From Candidatus Latescibacterota bacterium (lineage in GTDB: Bacteria > Latescibacterota > UBA2968): 64,000 bases of DNA. Under the pieces are notes generated by a model. It searched no databases. It was not told the origin of the DNA and was given only the letters and a program-made list of their open reading frames with translations. Both the position numbers and the translations under genes were made by a program. Where the stretch lies: the NCBI GenBank assembly GCA_965204745.1, contig OZ242010.1:5344001-5408000 (forward strand). The letters run 5' to 3'. Of this stretch, positions 61,153 to 64,000 are shown one piece after another. Each line of letters opens with the position of its first letter. Within the stretch, counting starts at the first letter, position 1.

Positions 61153-62092
61153 GTCGCGCTTGTCTTTTTGAAACCTGCAGTTGCAATTTTTGAATGCGCC
61201 CATTGCCCGAATCCAGAACGAATAATCTGCCTGCGCGCCCGAGGGCGACGCCGCGAGGAGTTTGAAATGACATTGGGCCATGTCCCGGGTCGGGGCCGCC
61301 CAAGAAGCCTGCGACGCGGCCCGAATGCAGGTCAAAGACCACGATGCGATGGTGGCCCGTATCCGCGACGATAAGCGTGCGTTGCGGGCCAATGCAAAGG
61401 GCCGAGGGCTGCAATAAAATATCGTCGCCCATTGCGTTTTGAAAATTGCCGAACCGGTCGAACACCGCAATCCGATCATTTTCGCTGTCGCAGACATAAA
61501 CCGCATCGCGCCCCTCTGTGGCAATGCCCAAAGGCCGCCGCAGATTGCCCGCGCCGTATCCGAACCCGCCAAAACTGCGGTCAACGCGGCTATACGTGTC
61601 GATTTGCACGAGTTGATCCGCGTCTATGTCGCTTACCAAAATTTCGTCTGCATCTGTCACGGCAATGCCGCCGAGTGTGCCCAAATCCACAGACGCATCC
61701 ACGTCCGGGCCGCCGATGACAGCCAAGAGGCGCAGGTTGAAATTGAACACCTTAATGCGGCGGTTTCGGCTATCTGCCACGTAGATTTCCAAGCCCTTGC
61801 CCGCGGTGATCCCACTGGGCTTGTCGAATTGTCCATCTGCCCAGCCCGGCGCGCCAACAGCCCTCAAAAACGTGCCATTAGGAGACAATTTTTGGATGCG
61901 GTCATTCCCGGTATCGGCCACAAACAGATTGCCGGACATGTCGAGGGTCAAGCCTTCGGGGTCGAGAAATTGCCCATCGCCACCGCCTATTTCGCCAAAA
62001 ACAGCCTCAAAGCGAAAATCGACCTGCACCTCTGCGCCCACCGTTCCAACCCGCATCAGCGCGAAGATGAGCAGAAAAAAAATAGGTCTCAT
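61124..62092 (-). CDS. Secreted NHL-repeat beta-propeller protein
   Basis: Signal peptide; repeated FxxPxGI...YVADxxNxRI. Confidence 0.9.
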   Translation of the reverse strand: MRPIFFLLIFALMRVGTVGAEVQVDFRFEAVFGEIGGGDGQFLDPEGLTLDMSGNLFVADTGNDRIQKLSPNGTFLRAVGAPGWADGQFDKPSGITAGKGLEIYVADSRNRRIKVFNFNLRLLAVIGGPDVDASVDLGTLGGIAVTDADEILVSDIDADQLVQIDTYSRVDRSFGGFGYGAGNLRRPLGIATEGRDAVYVCDSENDRIAVFDRFGNFQNAMGDDILLQPSALCIGPQRTLIVADTGHHRIVVFDLHSGRVAGFLGGPDPGHGPMSFQTPRGVALGRAGRLFVLDSGNGRIQKLQLQVSKRQARPRMDTDERR

Positions 62093-62556
62093 AAAATTTA
62101 TCCCAAAAATAGTGGTCAGGCCCCGCCGAAAACGAAACGACGAAACGGGGTACAACTTCGCGGCAGTTCATCGCAGGGCCAAGCCCCCGTGCCCCTGCGC
62201 CAAATCGAGGGGGGTTCCCCACATCTATCGTTTTTTGGCGGGATATCGGATCGCCTGTTCTTTGGGCGAATGACAAAGGGGATGTCGTGTTCATTAACCC
62301 CTTAAACCATTCTTGCCCCATAAATTCAATGCGCTTGCATGACGGGGTACAGTTGCGTAACTTGATCAGCCATAGACCTGTGCTTTCTGAAAAGGAGTGA
62401 GGGTTTTTGCGGGCAACTAATCTAACTCTTTTTTGTCTTTTGCACAGGGCTTTTATTTTTTTGTAGCATGGCCTTGGCACTTCTTGCCAGCGCGATCCTC
62501 GTCCTGCTCGTCGCATTTGGAACGATGAGCATCCAAGCAAAAGAAAAGGAGAGAAC

Positions 62557-63231
62557 ATGATCCAACTCAAAAACATCGAGAAATACTACGAAAGCGGCGT
62601 GGTCAAAACCTTTGTGTTGCGGCGGATTGAACTGGAAATCCGCGAGGGAGAATTTGTGTCGGTCATGGGCCCTTCGGGCGCGGGCAAGTCAACCCTGTTG
62701 CACATCTTGGGCATGCTGGACACCGCGTCCAACGGAACGTACTATTTTTACGGTCGTGCGGTTCACGAATTAGATGAACGCGCCTTGACCGAATTGCACC
62801 GCGACCACATTGGCTTTGTGTTTCAAAGCTACCACCTGATCGACGAATTGACCGTGTCGGAAAATTTGGAAACGCCGCTGTTGTATCAAAAAGTCAAGGG
62901 CGCCGAGCGCAAAGGTCGAATCGCCGAAATGCTGGACCGCTTCAACATCGTCGCGAAAAAAGACCTGTTTCCCAGCCAATTATCCGGCGGGCAACAACAA
63001 CTGGTCGGCATCGCACGCGCCTTGATTATGCAACCGAAATTGATCTTGGCCGATGAGCCAACCGGCAACCTCAACTCGACAGAAGGCGAGCGGATCATGG
63101 CGCAGTTCAAGCAACTGAACGCCGAGGGCATAACTATCGTCCAATGCACGCACTCGGAAAAAAACGCCGCGTACGGCGACCGCATCGTATCCCTGTCCGA
63201 CGGCTGGATAGACAGCGATGAACGCCTATAA
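62557..63231 (+). CDS. ABC transporter ATP-binding protein (LolD/MacB-type)
   Basis: GPSGAGKST, IGFVFQ, LSGGQQQ, ILADEPTGNL; AAGGAG RBS. Confidence 0.95.
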   Translation: MIQLKNIEKYYESGVVKTFVLRRIELEIREGEFVSVMGPSGAGKSTLLHILGMLDTASNGTYYFYGRAVHELDERALTELHRDHIGFVFQSYHLIDELTVSENLETPLLYQKVKGAERKGRIAEMLDRFNIVAKKDLFPSQLSGGQQQLVGIARALIMQPKLILADEPTGNLNSTEGERIMAQFKQLNAEGITIVQCTHSEKNAAYGDRIVSLSDGWIDSDERL

Positions 63232-63329
63232 TCCACGCCATCAATTCGCACAAAAAAATCCCCACCGAAAAAGTGGGGAATCACGCCTCGCCTTTGGGCC
63301 GGGTCGAGGCGGGACAACTGACCACTGAC

Positions 63330-63438
63330 TAGGTTCTGTTGACATTTAGGAGCAAAGCAACTGGCTTGAGCGGTTTATCGAGAAAATCAAGCCCTATCGC
63401 AGAATATGCTCTCGGTTTGAGAAACTGGAATAGTCGCT
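63330..63438 (+). mobile_element. IS5-family-derived mini-element, copy 2 (truncated)
   Basis: TAGGTTCTGTTGACATTT end, then LERFIEKIKPYRRICSRFEKLE. Homologous to 59790-59957. Confidence 0.7.
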
Positions 63439-63445
63439 CCTTATC

Positions 63446-63669
63446 GGGACCTACCCCCCTGGCCCCCCTTCCTACAAGGAAGGGGGGGAACTGTGAGCGG
63501 TTTTGCGAGGGGATTGATGAGGGATATTTAATCGCTTTATGCCCTCGCAAAACGCCATCAGAGCAACCAGAGCGAGAAGCCATCAAAGGAACTTTACTCC
63601 CCTTTCCTCGTAGGCACAGGCGTAGCCTACAATGAGCGAAGCGAATAACGGGGCCGGGGGATAGGTCCC
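63446..63669. repeat. REP-like doublet element, copy B
   Basis: GGGACCTACCCCCCTGGCCCC...GGGGCCGGGGGATAGGTCCC inverted arms. Confidence 0.75.
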
Positions 63670-63674
63670 CTCGC

Positions 63675-63837
63675 GCCTCGCCTTTGGGCCGGGTCGAGGC
63701 GGGGCAACTGACAACTGACAACTGCCTCTCACACCCCTTTTGTGTCTTCTGTGCTTTTTGTGGCTATTCCCACTGCCTCTCACACCCTTTTGTGTCTTCT
63801 GTGCTTTTTGTGGCTATCCCCACTGCCTCTCACACCC
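63675..63837. repeat. Heptamers plus ~50-bp tandem unit (CTGCCTCTCACACCC...TTTTGTGGCTA) x2
   Basis: Read directly. 63675-63712 also repeats 63286-63322. Confidence 0.8.
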
Positions 63838-64000
63838 CCCGCGACATAGACAGCCCTTCTTGCTCGCGCCACAAAAACAGCACATGGCGCGACTTCCGCA
63901 AATAGCGTTCGTAATGCTTGTTAAAATCCCGCCGCCTGCCATTGGGCGTCTTGCCATTGGGCCGCGCATTGCATTTGCCCCGCGCCTGCGTGATGCTCCG

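Noticed and set aside
63830-64000. 3' end of a minus-strand gene at the window edge
   Set aside because: Several frames are open and none shows a recognisable motif, so it cannot be called.

Overview
GC-rich (~58-60%, estimated by eye) bacterial chromosome segment. Gene order and protein types resemble Latescibacterota/Gemmatimonadota-like or other FCB-related lineages, possibly a host-associated (e.g. sponge) symbiont; this is inference. Housekeeping blocks are yicC-gmk-rpoZ-coaBC-udg-dnaB-radA-kptA-diadenylate cyclase-GT87, groES-groEL with a perfect CIRCE, sodN and rnr. Accessory content: (1) a 5,808-aa secreted adhesin-like protein with five divergent GLUG-type modules, 24 FN3 repeats, Calx-beta-like repeats and a dockerin-like end broken by a 5-bp duplication; (2) upstream of it, a leader ORF with a strong RBS that runs through a C23 tract, so tract length predicts three translational states (coupled, fused, overshoot); (3) a tandem array of four low-GC membrane-anchored coiled-coil paralogs built from shuffled 11- and 18-residue modules; (4) a translationally coupled nucleotidyltransferase / small basic protein / Sel1-TlpA trio; (5) intergenic regions full of modular mini-repeats: heptamer arrays with a shared grammar, a 36-bp hairpin element, REP-like doublets with a nested insert, a TIR/TSD-bounded MITE and IS5-derived mini-elements. 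No rRNA, tRNA, CRISPR array or intact transposase was seen.
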